NCBI GenBank assembly: GCA_964617825.1
Contig: CAZTWL010000004.1
Location: 7,546 to 71,545 of the forward strand
Length of the DNA: 64,000 nucleotides
Direction: 5' to 3'
Source: an uncultured Verrucomicrobiota bacterium
GTDB taxonomy: Bacteria > Verrucomicrobiota > Kiritimatiellia > JAAZAB01
Made by a program: the position numbers and the translations under genes. Positions 28,123 through 37,764 of the stretch are shown here, piece by piece. Below the pieces are notes generated by a model that saw only the letters and a program-made list of their open reading frames with translations, ran no database searches and was not told the DNA's origin. Each line of letters opens with the position of its first letter. Position 1 is the first letter of the stretch.

Positions 28123-30022
28123 GCTGGGATTCATGGTGCTGACCGGCACGTCGCTGGTGTTCGCCGCCGCCTTTCTTTACAATCACGTGCTTTCGCGGCG
28201 CGGCATATTGCGCAACGCGGAAACGAATGCCCGCAATCTGACGAGCGCCACGGTCAGCCGGATTGAGGCCGTCTTGAACGGTGTTGAAAAAATACCCGGC
28301 TATACAGCGCTTTGTCTGGAACAGCGCGCATGGACCCGCGATGATCTGATCGGCTTCACCCGCAACTGCCTGCTGGCCAACCCGGACATTTTCGGAGCAG
28401 CCGTGGCCTTCGATCCGTACGCGTTCGATCCCCAATCCAGGTTTTTTGCGCCTTACAGTTGTCGCCAGGGCAAGGAGATCCGGCAAACCTGGCTGGGAAG
28501 CGAGCAATACCTGTATTTTAACTGGGACTGGTATATCCTGCCCAAGGAACTCAAGCGCTCCGTGTGGAGCGAGCCATATTTCGATGAAAGCGGCGGAAAA
28601 GTCATTATGACCACCTATTCCGTGCCGTTTTACCGCGTGCTGAACGGACAGCGGCAATTTCAGGGAATAGTCACGGCCGATATTGCGCTGGACTGGCTGG
28701 TCAAAATTGTTGCCGAGGTGTCGTATTTAAAAACCGGTTATGCCTTTCTCATTTCGCAGAACGGGGTGTTCGTGACGCATCCCAACACGAATCTGATCAT
28801 GCGCCAAAGCGTCTTCGACATGGCCGAAGACGCCAATGACGATCAAATTCGCCAAGTCGGCAAGAAAATGGTGCAAGGCGCCACAGGCTTTGTGCGTCTG
28901 CAAAGCGTTTTCCTCGGCAAACCCTGCTGGGTTTCCTATGCGCCATTGAAAACGACGGGCTGGTCGTTGGGCGTGCTTTTCCCGGAAGACGAATTGTATG
29001 CCGATGCGCAGCGCATGGGGCGCAATATCCTGCTGATCGGCTTGGCCGGATTCGTTGTCCTCTTCCTGATTATCATGCTGATCTCAGCCTCCGTGACGCG
29101 GCCCATCCGCAGTTTGGCGCGCACCACGGCGGAAATCGCTCAGGGCAATCTGGACATCAAACTGCCCCGGATCAAAAGCCACGATGAAGTCGGTGAACTT
29201 TCCTGCGCTTTCGACAACATGCGCGTGGCCCTCAAGGAATATATTGCCGGCCTTACGGAAGCCACGGCGGCCCGTGAACGCCTGGAAAGCGAACTCAAGA
29301 TCGCCCGGACAATTCAAATGAGTTTCCTGCCCAAGCATTTTCCGCCTTTCCCCGAGCAATCCGAATTCGATCTCTATGCCCGCCTGGAACCAGCCAAGGA
29401 AGTTGGCGGCGACCTATACGACTTTTTCCTGCTCGATAATCAGCACCTGTTCTTCAGTATTGGGGATGTCTCCGACAAAGGCGTGCCGGCGGCGCTTTTC
29501 ATGGCCGTAACCAAAACACTGATGAAAGGAATCGCCATGCAAGGCGGCAAGAATGCCGCCGAAATCATGGAGCAAGTCAATCAGGAATTATGCAAGGAAA
29601 ACGATTCATGCATGTTTGTAACCGTTTTCTGTGCGGTGCTTAATTTCAAAACTGGCGAACTGGTATATTCCAATGCCGGTCATAATCCACCCCTGATCAG
29701 GCATGCAAACGGACAGCCGGAGGAAATGCTCCTGCCCAAGGGACTGATCCTCGGCACAATCGAGGCTGCCCGTTACAAAACCGCCAGACTGATCCTTCGC
29801 CCTGGCGATACATTGATTCTCTATACCGATGGCGTTACCGAAGCGATGAATCCGAATAAGGAATTGTATTCGTCCGAGCGGCTGCGGCAAGTGGTTGTCG
29901 ACATCGGCGACCAGAGCCCGCAAACCATCGTGGATGACCTGTTCAAGTCAGTCAACGCCTACTCCTCCGGCGCTCCGCAATCCGACGACATCACCGTTCT
30001 GGCTTTGCATTACAACGGTTGA
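28076..30022 (+). CDS. Sensor phosphatase: Cache-like periplasmic domain + TM + HAMP + PP2C/SpoIIE (RsbU-like)
   Basis: N-terminus MKTAPLTFRRTSLAVKLGFMVLTG (positively charged, then TM), a periplasmic Cache-like region, a second TM, HAMP, then PP2C motifs (GGDLYDF, SIGDVSDKGVPAALFM, DGVTEA). The ATG at 28076 overlaps the upstream gene by 47 nt. Alternative ATG at 28133. Confidence 0.75.
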   Translation: MKTAPLTFRRTSLAVKLGFMVLTGTSLVFAAAFLYNHVLSRRGILRNAETNARNLTSATVSRIEAVLNGVEKIPGYTALCLEQRAWTRDDLIGFTRNCLLANPDIFGAAVAFDPYAFDPQSRFFAPYSCRQGKEIRQTWLGSEQYLYFNWDWYILPKELKRSVWSEPYFDESGGKVIMTTYSVPFYRVLNGQRQFQGIVTADIALDWLVKIVAEVSYLKTGYAFLISQNGVFVTHPNTNLIMRQSVFDMAEDANDDQIRQVGKKMVQGATGFVRLQSVFLGKPCWVSYAPLKTTGWSLGVLFPEDELYADAQRMGRNILLIGLAGFVVLFLIIMLISASVTRPIRSLARTTAEIAQGNLDIKLPRIKSHDEVGELSCAFDNMRVALKEYIAGLTEATAARERLESELKIARTIQMSFLPKHFPPFPEQSEFDLYARLEPAKEVGGDLYDFFLLDNQHLFFSIGDVSDKGVPAALFMAVTKTLMKGIAMQGGKNAAEIMEQVNQELCKENDSCMFVTVFCAVLNFKTGELVYSNAGHNPPLIRHANGQPEEMLLPKGLILGTIEAARYKTARLILRPGDTLILYTDGVTEAMNPNKELYSSERLRQVVVDIGDQSPQTIVDDLFKSVNAYSSGAPQSDDITVLALHYNG

Positions 30023-30355
30023 CATCCGCGCCATTCATTCCAACTGAAAATCGCTGCGCTGCGTTTAAAAGCATCTGGCGCAGTCGATGGCTTTTCGCTA
30101 GCTGCAATTCCGGCCGGAGCGCGGCATCTCTCCCGGGGCGTCATCATAATCAAGACCCTGTCGGTTAACGTCTGCCTGCGCCGCAGCCGATAGATTGTAT
30201 CCATCCACAGCTGTTTATAATTGTTTAACCGCGCCAATCCTTTCCTTGAGCAACAAAAAAACAGGGATAATCAGGCCTGTTCTGCATTCGTTTTCGTTTG
30301 CAAACCATATTCTTACGAAAACAGACAACTATTGCAAAACACGCGCCGGCATTGA

Positions 30356-30373
30356 TTGTGAAATTAATCACGA
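30356..30373. promoter_or_regulatory. Rex operator-like site TTGTGAAATTAATCACGA
   Basis: Matches TTGTGAA-N4-TTCACAA at 16 of 18 positions, upstream of rex. Confidence 0.45.
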
Positions 30374-30418
30374 AGAAAACGTTGACAAATAGTCGCGCGT
30401 TGTGTACGTTAACAGCAT

Positions 30419-30436
30419 TCGTGAATTCATTCACAA
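30419..30436. promoter_or_regulatory. Rex operator TCGTGAATTCATTCACAA
   Basis: One mismatch to the 18-bp TTGTGAA-N4-TTCACAA consensus, ~30 bp upstream of the rex start. Confidence 0.6.
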
Positions 30437-30464
30437 AAGAATGCTTGATGTTGGGAGGGTGCGG

Positions 30465-31121
30465 ATGAACGATAAGGTCAAAAATCACGCTGTTCCGGCA
30501 AAGACAATCGAGCGCCTTGTGATGTATCGAATTCTCCTGGATGAGCTGCAGGCCCAGGAAAAAACACATATATTCTCGAATGAAATGGCTCAGATTGTCG
30601 GTAACACTTCGACCCAGGTCCGAAGGGATTTGATGGCCGTCGGCTACACAGGCAATTCGCGGAATGGTTATCAAATCAAGGATTTATTGAAAGCCATCCG
30701 GTCGCTGCTTGAGCCACCGGAAGGAATTACCATGGCTATCGCCGGCATCGGCAACCTTGGACGCGCCATGCTGGGCTATTTTTCCCTGATGCATCCGCGC
30801 TTCCGGATTGTGGGTGCGTTCGATAACGATGTCAACAAGGTGAATCGCACAATCGGCGGCTATCGGATTTCCCACATCCACTCGTTGACCGAAATTTTGA
30901 CGCGCACTCCGGCTCAACTGGGAGTGATAACGGTGCCCGCCGATCAGGCTCAAAAAGTCGCGGACGCCTTCCTGGCATCGAAGGTAACCGGGATCGTTAA
31001 TTTTGCGGCTATTCCGCTTCGCGTTCCGCACCGTGTTTGGTTGGAAGATATGCACATCACATCAACGCTGGAAAAAGCCGCTTATTTTTCCAGAATGAAA
31101 CAGCAAGGAGTAAGCCTGTGA
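30465..31121 (+). CDS. rex: Redox-sensing transcriptional repressor Rex
   Basis: gggaggg RBS. The N-terminal winged helix carries RLVMYRIL. The Rossmann domain carries AIAGIGNLGRA and FDNDVNKV. Confidence 0.85.
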   Translation: MNDKVKNHAVPAKTIERLVMYRILLDELQAQEKTHIFSNEMAQIVGNTSTQVRRDLMAVGYTGNSRNGYQIKDLLKAIRSLLEPPEGITMAIAGIGNLGRAMLGYFSLMHPRFRIVGAFDNDVNKVNRTIGGYRISHIHSLTEILTRTPAQLGVITVPADQAQKVADAFLASKVTGIVNFAAIPLRVPHRVWLEDMHITSTLEKAAYFSRMKQQGVSL

Positions 31122-31132
31122 GCACAGCCACG

Positions 31133-31591
31133 ATGGAGAAAATTAAGTCGAAACACCCGGATGCGGGACGCGATTCCCTGATTCCCATACTGCAGGAACT
31201 GCAGGACGAGCAGGGTTACCTGGCCGAGGAATCGCTGCAGGAAGTCAGCCGTATGTTGAAACTGCCGATGAGCAAGGTTTACGGCGTGGCGAGCTTTTAC
31301 AACCAGTTCCGCTTTCACCCCATCGGCAAATATCACTTCGTGGTTTGCCGGGGTACCGCCTGCCATGTGAAAAAATCGCTGGCGCTTCTGCAAGTGGTTA
31401 AGCAGGCCTTGAAGATCGAACCGGGCCAAACCACCCGCGACGGACTTTTCACGCTCGACCAGGTGGCCTGCATTGGCGCCTGCGGACTGGCGCCAGTCGT
31501 TTGCGTGAATGGCGAATTTCACGCCAAAATGACACCGGAAAAAATTACGGCATTGATTGCAACCTTACGGAGCGCGAATGAAAACAAATAA
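31133..31591 (+). CDS. NuoE-like [2Fe-2S] thioredoxin-fold subunit of NADH-linked [FeFe] hydrogenase (HydC/HndA-type)
   Basis: VCRGTACHV...CIGACGLAPV four-Cys pattern. An in-frame GTG at 31118 (RBS caaggag) overlapping the rex stop is an alternative start. Confidence 0.85.
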   Translation: MEKIKSKHPDAGRDSLIPILQELQDEQGYLAEESLQEVSRMLKLPMSKVYGVASFYNQFRFHPIGKYHFVVCRGTACHVKKSLALLQVVKQALKIEPGQTTRDGLFTLDQVACIGACGLAPVVCVNGEFHAKMTPEKITALIATLRSANENK

Positions 31592-33578
31592 TAGTCTGAC
31601 CGAGCCATGCTGCGCCCGATGCACGCATGCTCCCGAAAAACCCTGCACGAAACGCGTGGAGTGTCTGCTGGATGGTCCTTTCTGCCACGATGACCCGGCC
31701 TGCCGCCAGAAACGCCAGGCCAACGCGAAACAGGCCCGCCGGCAAACGGTTGCCGAACCGGTCTTTATCGTCGGCACCGGCACTTGCGGGCTGGGCGCGG
31801 GCGCAGCCAAAACGATGGAAGCCATTCGCAATTACTGCCGCGCCCACAATTTGGCCCATTCGCTGGTCGAAACCGGCTGTATCGGCCTCTGTTCCGCCGA
31901 GCCGATCATGGATGTCATGCTGCCGGGCAAAGCGCGAATCAGTTTTTCGGATGTTACCGAAGATCGCGTCGCCCCGCTGCTGGATGCCTTGCTGGCCGGC
32001 AAAGCGGATGCCGCCCTGGCGCTGGGTTATTATCCCCAGGAAGGCCACGCCGCCTGGGATGGGATTGCGCCCATAAACGAGCACCCCTTCTTTGCCTCGC
32101 AACACAGGATCGTCCTCCAAAACTGCGGGGTGATCAATCCCTCCAGCCTGGATGAATACGTCGCTTTGCGCGGCTACCGGGCGCTGGCCAAGGCCTTGAA
32201 CACAATGACGCCGGATGAGGTGATTCAGGCGGTGTCGATTAGCGGTCTGCGCGGGCGCGGCGGCGGTGGATTTCCCACAGGCAAAAAATGGTCCCTGGCG
32301 CGCTCGACGCCGTCAGCCCAGAAATATGTGGTTTGTAATGCCGACGAAGGCGACCCGGGGGCCTTCATGGATCGGGCGGTAATCGAAGGCGACCCCCATC
32401 GCGTTCTGGAAGGACTTGCGATTGCGGCCTATGCGGTGGGCGCCTCGAAAGCCTATGTGTATATCCGGGCGGAATACCCCCTGGCGATTCGCCATCTCGA
32501 AGCGGCGATTGCCCAGGCCACGGCCTTGGGACTCATTGGCTATAACATCCTGGATAGCGGATTCAACCTGGCCATCATTATCAAGCAAGGCGCCGGCGCC
32601 TTTGTCTGCGGCGAGGAGACCGCCTTGATCCACAGCATTGAAGGCAAGCGCGGCATGCCGCGCCTGCGGCCGCCCTACCCGGCCACGAGCGGACTGTTCG
32701 GCAAGCCGACGATCATCAACAACGTGGAAACGCTGGCCAATATTCCATCAATTCTGCTGGATTCGCCGGAAAAGTTCGCTGCGATGGGCACGGCTACCAG
32801 CAAAGGCACGAAGGTCTTTGCCCTTTCCGGCAAGGTATCGCGCACCGGTCTGGTCGAGATCGTCATGGGCACGCCGATCAAAGATATCGTCATGAAAATC
32901 GGAGGCGGGATTGCGGATGGCCTGAAGTTCAAGGCCGTGCAGATCGGTGGTCCGTCGGGCGGATGCATCCCCTCCAGCCACATCGATATTGCCGTCGATT
33001 ACGAATCATTGAAACAGGTTGGCGCCATCATGGGCTCCGGCGGGCTGGTTGTAATGGACGAGAAAAACTGCATGGTGGATCTGGCCAAGTTCTTCATGGA
33101 ATTCATCCAGCGCGAAAGCTGCGGCAAGTGCATTCCCTGCCGGGAAGGCACGCGGCGCATGCTGGAAATCCTCAAGAGCATTACGCGTCCACGCGGGGCT
33201 GATTCCGCAACCAATGCCCTCGATCGCTTCAAGGGCGTCCTGCAACTAGAGGAACTGGCCATGGTCATCCGGGACACCAGTCTGTGCGGCCTGGGGCAGA
33301 CGGCGCCCAATCCCGTGCTCTCGACCTTGCGCTGGTTCAGCAACGAATACGAGGCGCACGTCTACGAACGGCGATGTCCGGCGGGCGCCTGCACGGCATT
33401 GCTGAAATATACGATCGATCCGGCCAAATGCATCGGCTGCACGCGTTGCGCAAAATCCTGCCCGGCGGGGGCCATTGCCGGGTCGGCAAAGAAACCGCAT
33501 GCCATTGCCAATGCCCGTTGCATCGGCTGCGGAAGTTGTCTCGATATTTGCACGTTTGGCGCCATCACTCGTAATTGA
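31578..33578 (+). CDS. NuoF-like NADH-binding flavoprotein subunit (HydB/HndC-type)
   Basis: GLRGRGGGGFPTGKKW FMN site and ESCGKCIPCREG N3 cluster motif. An N-terminal thioredoxin-like [2Fe-2S] domain and two C-terminal ferredoxin-type Cys clusters flank the core. A Cys-rich 55-aa N-terminal extension precedes the 2Fe-2S domain. Confidence 0.9.
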   Translation: MKTNNSLTEPCCARCTHAPEKPCTKRVECLLDGPFCHDDPACRQKRQANAKQARRQTVAEPVFIVGTGTCGLGAGAAKTMEAIRNYCRAHNLAHSLVETGCIGLCSAEPIMDVMLPGKARISFSDVTEDRVAPLLDALLAGKADAALALGYYPQEGHAAWDGIAPINEHPFFASQHRIVLQNCGVINPSSLDEYVALRGYRALAKALNTMTPDEVIQAVSISGLRGRGGGGFPTGKKWSLARSTPSAQKYVVCNADEGDPGAFMDRAVIEGDPHRVLEGLAIAAYAVGASKAYVYIRAEYPLAIRHLEAAIAQATALGLIGYNILDSGFNLAIIIKQGAGAFVCGEETALIHSIEGKRGMPRLRPPYPATSGLFGKPTIINNVETLANIPSILLDSPEKFAAMGTATSKGTKVFALSGKVSRTGLVEIVMGTPIKDIVMKIGGGIADGLKFKAVQIGGPSGGCIPSSHIDIAVDYESLKQVGAIMGSGGLVVMDEKNCMVDLAKFFMEFIQRESCGKCIPCREGTRRMLEILKSITRPRGADSATNALDRFKGVLQLEELAMVIRDTSLCGLGQTAPNPVLSTLRWFSNEYEAHVYERRCPAGACTALLKYTIDPAKCIGCTRCAKSCPAGAIAGSAKKPHAIANARCIGCGSCLDICTFGAITRN

Positions 33579-33594
33579 GCAAGGAGGAATCGTT

Positions 33595-35317
33595 TGTGAT
33601 CACAATTGAAGTCAACGGAAAACCCATGGAAGTAAAGGAAGGCGAAACACTCCTGGCAGCCATGCGGTCTCAGGGAATTCTAATCCCGGCCCTCTGTCAC
33701 ATGGAAGGTTTCTCACCCACCGGCGCCTGCCGCCTGTGCGTGGTGGAAGTGGAAGGCCAGCGGGGCCTGTCGCCCAGCTGCGCCACCGTGGTCAGCAAGG
33801 GAATGAAAGTTAAGACCCATTCGCCCCGCGTGCTGAAAGCCCGTAAAACCGTGGTGGAGTTGTTGCTGGCCGGGCACCCCGATAACTGCCTGTATTGTTC
33901 GCGCAACAAGCACTGCGAACTTCAGTCGCTGGCCGAACAATTGGGCATTAGTGACCGCCGTTTTGAGGGAGGCCGCAACCGCTTCCCGCTCGACATGTCG
34001 AGCCCGTCCCTGGTGCGCGATCCGGATAAATGCATCCTGTGCGGTCGCTGTGTCCGCGTTTGTGAGGAAGTCCAGGGGGTCGGCGCCATCGATTTCATCG
34101 GGCGCGGTTGCACCACCGAGGTGGGCACGGCCTTCCGGCGCGGATTGAACACCTCCACTTGCGTCAACTGCGGGCAGTGTATTGTGGCCTGTCCGACAGG
34201 GGCTCTGCGCGAACAGAGTTCCATCGCCGTGGTGGAGAATGCCCTGGCGGATCCCGCCAAATGCGTCGTGATCCAGCATGCTCCGGCCGTGTCGGTAACG
34301 CTTGGCGAAGAAATCGGATTGAAGGCCGGAACGGATTATGCCGGGATCCTCAATGCGGCCTTGCGGCGCCTGGGTTTTGCCAAGGTTTTTGATACTTCCT
34401 TCACCGCCGACCTGACGATCATGGAGGAGGCGTCCGAACTGGTGCAGCGGATCACGCAGGGCGGGCGCTTGCCGCTCATGACCAGCTGTTCGCCGGCTTG
34501 GGTTAAATTCGTGGAGCATTTTTATCCGCAGCTGATCCCTAACCTTTCGACCTGCAAGAGTCCGCAGCAGATGATGGGTGCGGTGATCAAGAGTTATTAT
34601 GCCGCCAAGGCCGGGATCGATCCGCACAATATTTTCAGCGTGAGCCTGATGCCCTGCACGGCCAAAAAATTCGAGGCTACGCGGCCGGAAATGGGCCGGG
34701 ATGGCATGTCCGATATCGACGCCGTTCTGACGACGCGCGAGCTCGTTTCCCTGCTGCACAAGCACGGTATTGACCCTCAGACCATGACTCCGGAAGAGGC
34801 GGACGATCCCATGGCGCGCCGCAGCGGCGCCGGCAAAATCTTTGGCGCCTCGGGCGGCGTCACCGAGGCGGCCTTGCGCACGGCCTATCACCTGATTACC
34901 GGGCATGAAAGCCCGTCGCTGACCTTCAAGGAAGTTCGCGACAGCCGTGGGACAAAGGAAGCCCGCATCCAGATCGCCAATCTGAATGTCGGCGTGGCCG
35001 TTGTCTCCGGACTGCAGAATGCACGACGCCTGATGGACCAGCTTGTTGCCGGCCGTACGGACCTGCATTTCATCGAAGTGATGAGTTGCCCGGGCGGCTG
35101 CGTCGCCGGTGGCGGACAGCCGCGCGGTGTGGACCACAGCGCCGTTCGCGAGCGCGCGGCCGCGCTCTATTCGGTCGACGAACATGAAAAACTGCGCACG
35201 TCGCACGAAAATACATCCATCCAGGAACTTTATAAAGAATTCCTGGGAAGTCCCTTGGGACACAAGTCCCACGAACTGCTGCACACGCATTACATGAAAA
35301 GGGATTCGGCGCAATAA
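33595..35317 (+). CDS. hydA: [FeFe] hydrogenase catalytic subunit HydA (NuoG-like N-terminus)
   Basis: GTG start after aaggagga. N-terminal 2Fe-2S and 4Fe-4S cluster motifs precede the H-cluster motifs MPCTAKKFE (L2) and EVMSCPGGCVAGGGQP (L3). The L1 motif reads TSCSPAW rather than canonical TSCCPxW. Confidence 0.9.
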
Positions 35318-37347
35318 TGAATGCCGGCTGCACCCAGCCTAATACCGCCGTGCCGATCGTGGAAGAGCCGCTGGTCCGTTCGGTGAGCGAACGATGCCGC
35401 GTCTGTTACACTTGCGTTCGGGAATGTCCGGCCAAGGCCATCAGGATTATCCATGGCCAGGCCGCGGTGATTCCGGAACGCTGCATCGGCTGCGGCAATT
35501 GCGTCCGCGTGTGCAGCCAGGGCGCCAAAGAAGTGCGCAACAGCGTGCCCAAGGTGCGTGAAATCCTGCAGGGCCAGGCGCCGGTGGCGGCGATCCTGGC
35601 CCCCAGCTTTCCCGCTGCGTTTTCGGAATGCGATTACGGCGCAGTGGTCGGCATGCTGCGCCGGCTGGGATTTGCCAGGGTTTGCGAGACGGCCTTTGGG
35701 GCCGACATGGTGGCTCAGGAATATCGGAGGCTGCTCGAAGCGCATCCGGATCGGAACTACATTGCCTCGACCTGCCCGGCCGTCGTATCTTTCATCGAAT
35801 ATTACCACCCTACCCTCGTGACACGGTTGATTCCGGTGGTGTCGCCCATGGTGGCCGCGGCGCGAATGTTGAAAAAAATCCAGCCTGAAATCCGCATAGT
35901 ATTTATCGGTCCGTGCATTGCCAAAAAAGCCGAAGCGATCGACGAGGATGCTGCCAGCGCGGTCGATGCCGTGCTGACTTTCACGGAAATAAGGACCATG
36001 CTGCAGGAACAAAGCATCAATCCGCAGGGCACGACGCCCTCCGAATTCGATCCGCCCTATGCCGGCAAAGGGCGGCTTTTTGCCTTGACGCGCGGACTGT
36101 TGGAAACTGCCGGAATCCGCGAGGAACTGATGAACAACAATATTGTCGTCAGCGACGGACGGGAAAGTTTTGTCGAGGCGATCAACGAATACGAACTCGG
36201 TTCGCTGAATGCCCGCTTGCTGGAAGTCTTGTGCTGCCAGGGTTGTATCATGGGAGCCGGCATGTCCAAGCCACTGCTGCCCTTGTTCAAGCGCCGCGCG
36301 CTGGTCAGCGCCTATGCGAAGAAACGCACGGCCGACCCGACCACCCCGGTCGCAACAACGGGACGCGAGCCGCATAATGTCGATCTGCACCGCGAGTTTC
36401 GCCGCAAGGACCGTAATATGCCGACGCCAATGGATGACGATATCAATGCGATCCTGGCCAAGATGGGCAAGTTCTGCGCGGATGATGAATTGAATTGCGG
36501 TGCTTGCGGCTACGCAACCTGCCGGCTGCATGCCGTGGCCATCCACGATGGCTTGGCCGAGGAGGAGATGTGCCTGCCTTATACGATCGACAAACTGAAA
36601 GAAACGATCCAGAAGCTGGCCGATTCGAGCGAGGAAGTGGCTACGATCCAGAACGCGCTGGCCCAGTCGGAAAAGCTGGCCAGCATGGGCCAGCTGGCTG
36701 CCGGCGTGGCGCATGAAGTCAACAACCCGTTGGGCATTGTGCTGATGTATGCGCACCTCCTTCTCGAAAAACACGGCCGGGCCGACAAAGGGCTTAAGGA
36801 AGACTTGAGCGTAATTGTGGCGCAGGCTGACCGCTGCAAACGAATCATCTCCGGCCTGCTGGATTTTGCCCGCCAAAACAAGGTGTTGCGCCAGCGCACG
36901 AACATCCTGCACCTGGTGGAAAACAATTTGCGGGCCATCAATCTGCCGCCGGAAATCGAAACACGGATCGTCAATGGCCTGGAGGATCCCGTGGCCGAGG
37001 TGGATGCCGACCAGATTTCCCAGGTATTGGTCAATCTCTTTGCCAATGCGCGGGCCGCCATGCCGCGCTCCGGGCGTTTGACGGTGGAGTTGAGCGGTGA
37101 CACTGATACCGTAACTCTGCGCGTGGCGGATAACGGCGTGGGCATCCCGCCTGAGAACCTGCCGAGGATTTTCGATCCTTTTTTCACGACGAAACAAATC
37201 GGCATCGGGACTGGGCTGGGACTGGCCGTGGTATACGGCATCATCAAAATGCACCGCGGAAAAATCACGGTCAAATCCAATCACACCCCCGGCAAGGACG
37301 ATACCGGCACGGTCTTCACCATTAACTTGCCGCGCAGGGGAATTTAA
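35317..37347 (+). CDS. Sensory [FeFe]-hydrogenase-like domain fused to a histidine kinase (HisKA + HATPase_c)
   Basis: Two N-terminal ferredoxin CxxCxxCxxxCP motifs, then an H-cluster-like domain with ASTCPAV (L1 lacking one Cys), GPCIAKKAE (L2) and EVLCCQGCIMGAG (L3). A CADDELNCGACGYATC...(16)...C cysteine cluster follows, then the HAHEVNNPL H-box and an ATPase domain. The ATG overlaps the hydA stop (TAATG). Confidence 0.8.
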   Translation: MNAGCTQPNTAVPIVEEPLVRSVSERCRVCYTCVRECPAKAIRIIHGQAAVIPERCIGCGNCVRVCSQGAKEVRNSVPKVREILQGQAPVAAILAPSFPAAFSECDYGAVVGMLRRLGFARVCETAFGADMVAQEYRRLLEAHPDRNYIASTCPAVVSFIEYYHPTLVTRLIPVVSPMVAAARMLKKIQPEIRIVFIGPCIAKKAEAIDEDAASAVDAVLTFTEIRTMLQEQSINPQGTTPSEFDPPYAGKGRLFALTRGLLETAGIREELMNNNIVVSDGRESFVEAINEYELGSLNARLLEVLCCQGCIMGAGMSKPLLPLFKRRALVSAYAKKRTADPTTPVATTGREPHNVDLHREFRRKDRNMPTPMDDDINAILAKMGKFCADDELNCGACGYATCRLHAVAIHDGLAEEEMCLPYTIDKLKETIQKLADSSEEVATIQNALAQSEKLASMGQLAAGVAHEVNNPLGIVLMYAHLLLEKHGRADKGLKEDLSVIVAQADRCKRIISGLLDFARQNKVLRQRTNILHLVENNLRAINLPPEIETRIVNGLEDPVAEVDADQISQVLVNLFANARAAMPRSGRLTVELSGDTDTVTLRVADNGVGIPPENLPRIFDPFFTTKQIGIGTGLGLAVVYGIIKMHRGKITVKSNHTPGKDDTGTVFTINLPRRGI

Positions 37348-37374
37348 ACAAAACGCACTCGAAAGGATACAAAG

Positions 37375-37764
37375 ATGGGCACAGCAAAAAAAGCGCTGAT
37401 CGTGGACGATGATACCGATTTTGTTTTCCAGCAGAAAAAGGCACTGGAGTCGCTGGGTTTCACCGTTGAATCGGCGGAAGGCCGCGAAGAAGCGATGGAA
37501 AAACTTAAAGTCTACCACCCGGACCTGGCGATGGTAGATCTGATGATGGAAGAAAAGGATGGCGGATTTGTGCTCGCGCATTATCTCAAGCAGCTGTATC
37601 CGCAAACACCGGTCATCCTCGTATCGGCGGTCACAGCTGAAACCGGCCTGCAATTCGACTTGGATTCGCAGGGAGCGCAGCGCTGGATCAAGGCGGATGC
37701 GATCATGACCAAGCCCTTGCGCTTGGAACAATTGCAACGGGAAATCGAACGCTTAATGGCATGA
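37375..37764 (+). CDS. Single-domain response regulator (REC)
   Basis: ALIVDDD ... MVDLMM ... receiver pattern. 129 aa. Confidence 0.8.
   Translation: MGTAKKALIVDDDTDFVFQQKKALESLGFTVESAEGREEAMEKLKVYHPDLAMVDLMMEEKDGGFVLAHYLKQLYPQTPVILVSAVTAETGLQFDLDSQGAQRWIKADAIMTKPLRLEQLQREIERLMA

Noticed and set aside
27508-28149. 213-aa minus-strand ORF inside the NMT1-like binding-protein gene
   Set aside because: Antisense to a gene with a signal peptide and a family-typical sequence. No RBS.
33713-37737. Long minus-strand ORFs (33713..35314, 533 aa; 35290..37737, 815 aa) antisense to hydA and the sensor-kinase gene
   Set aside because: They lie entirely inside strongly supported plus-strand genes, have low-complexity Ala/Gly/Arg-rich translations typical of antisense frames in GC-rich DNA, and have no RBS or domain signal.
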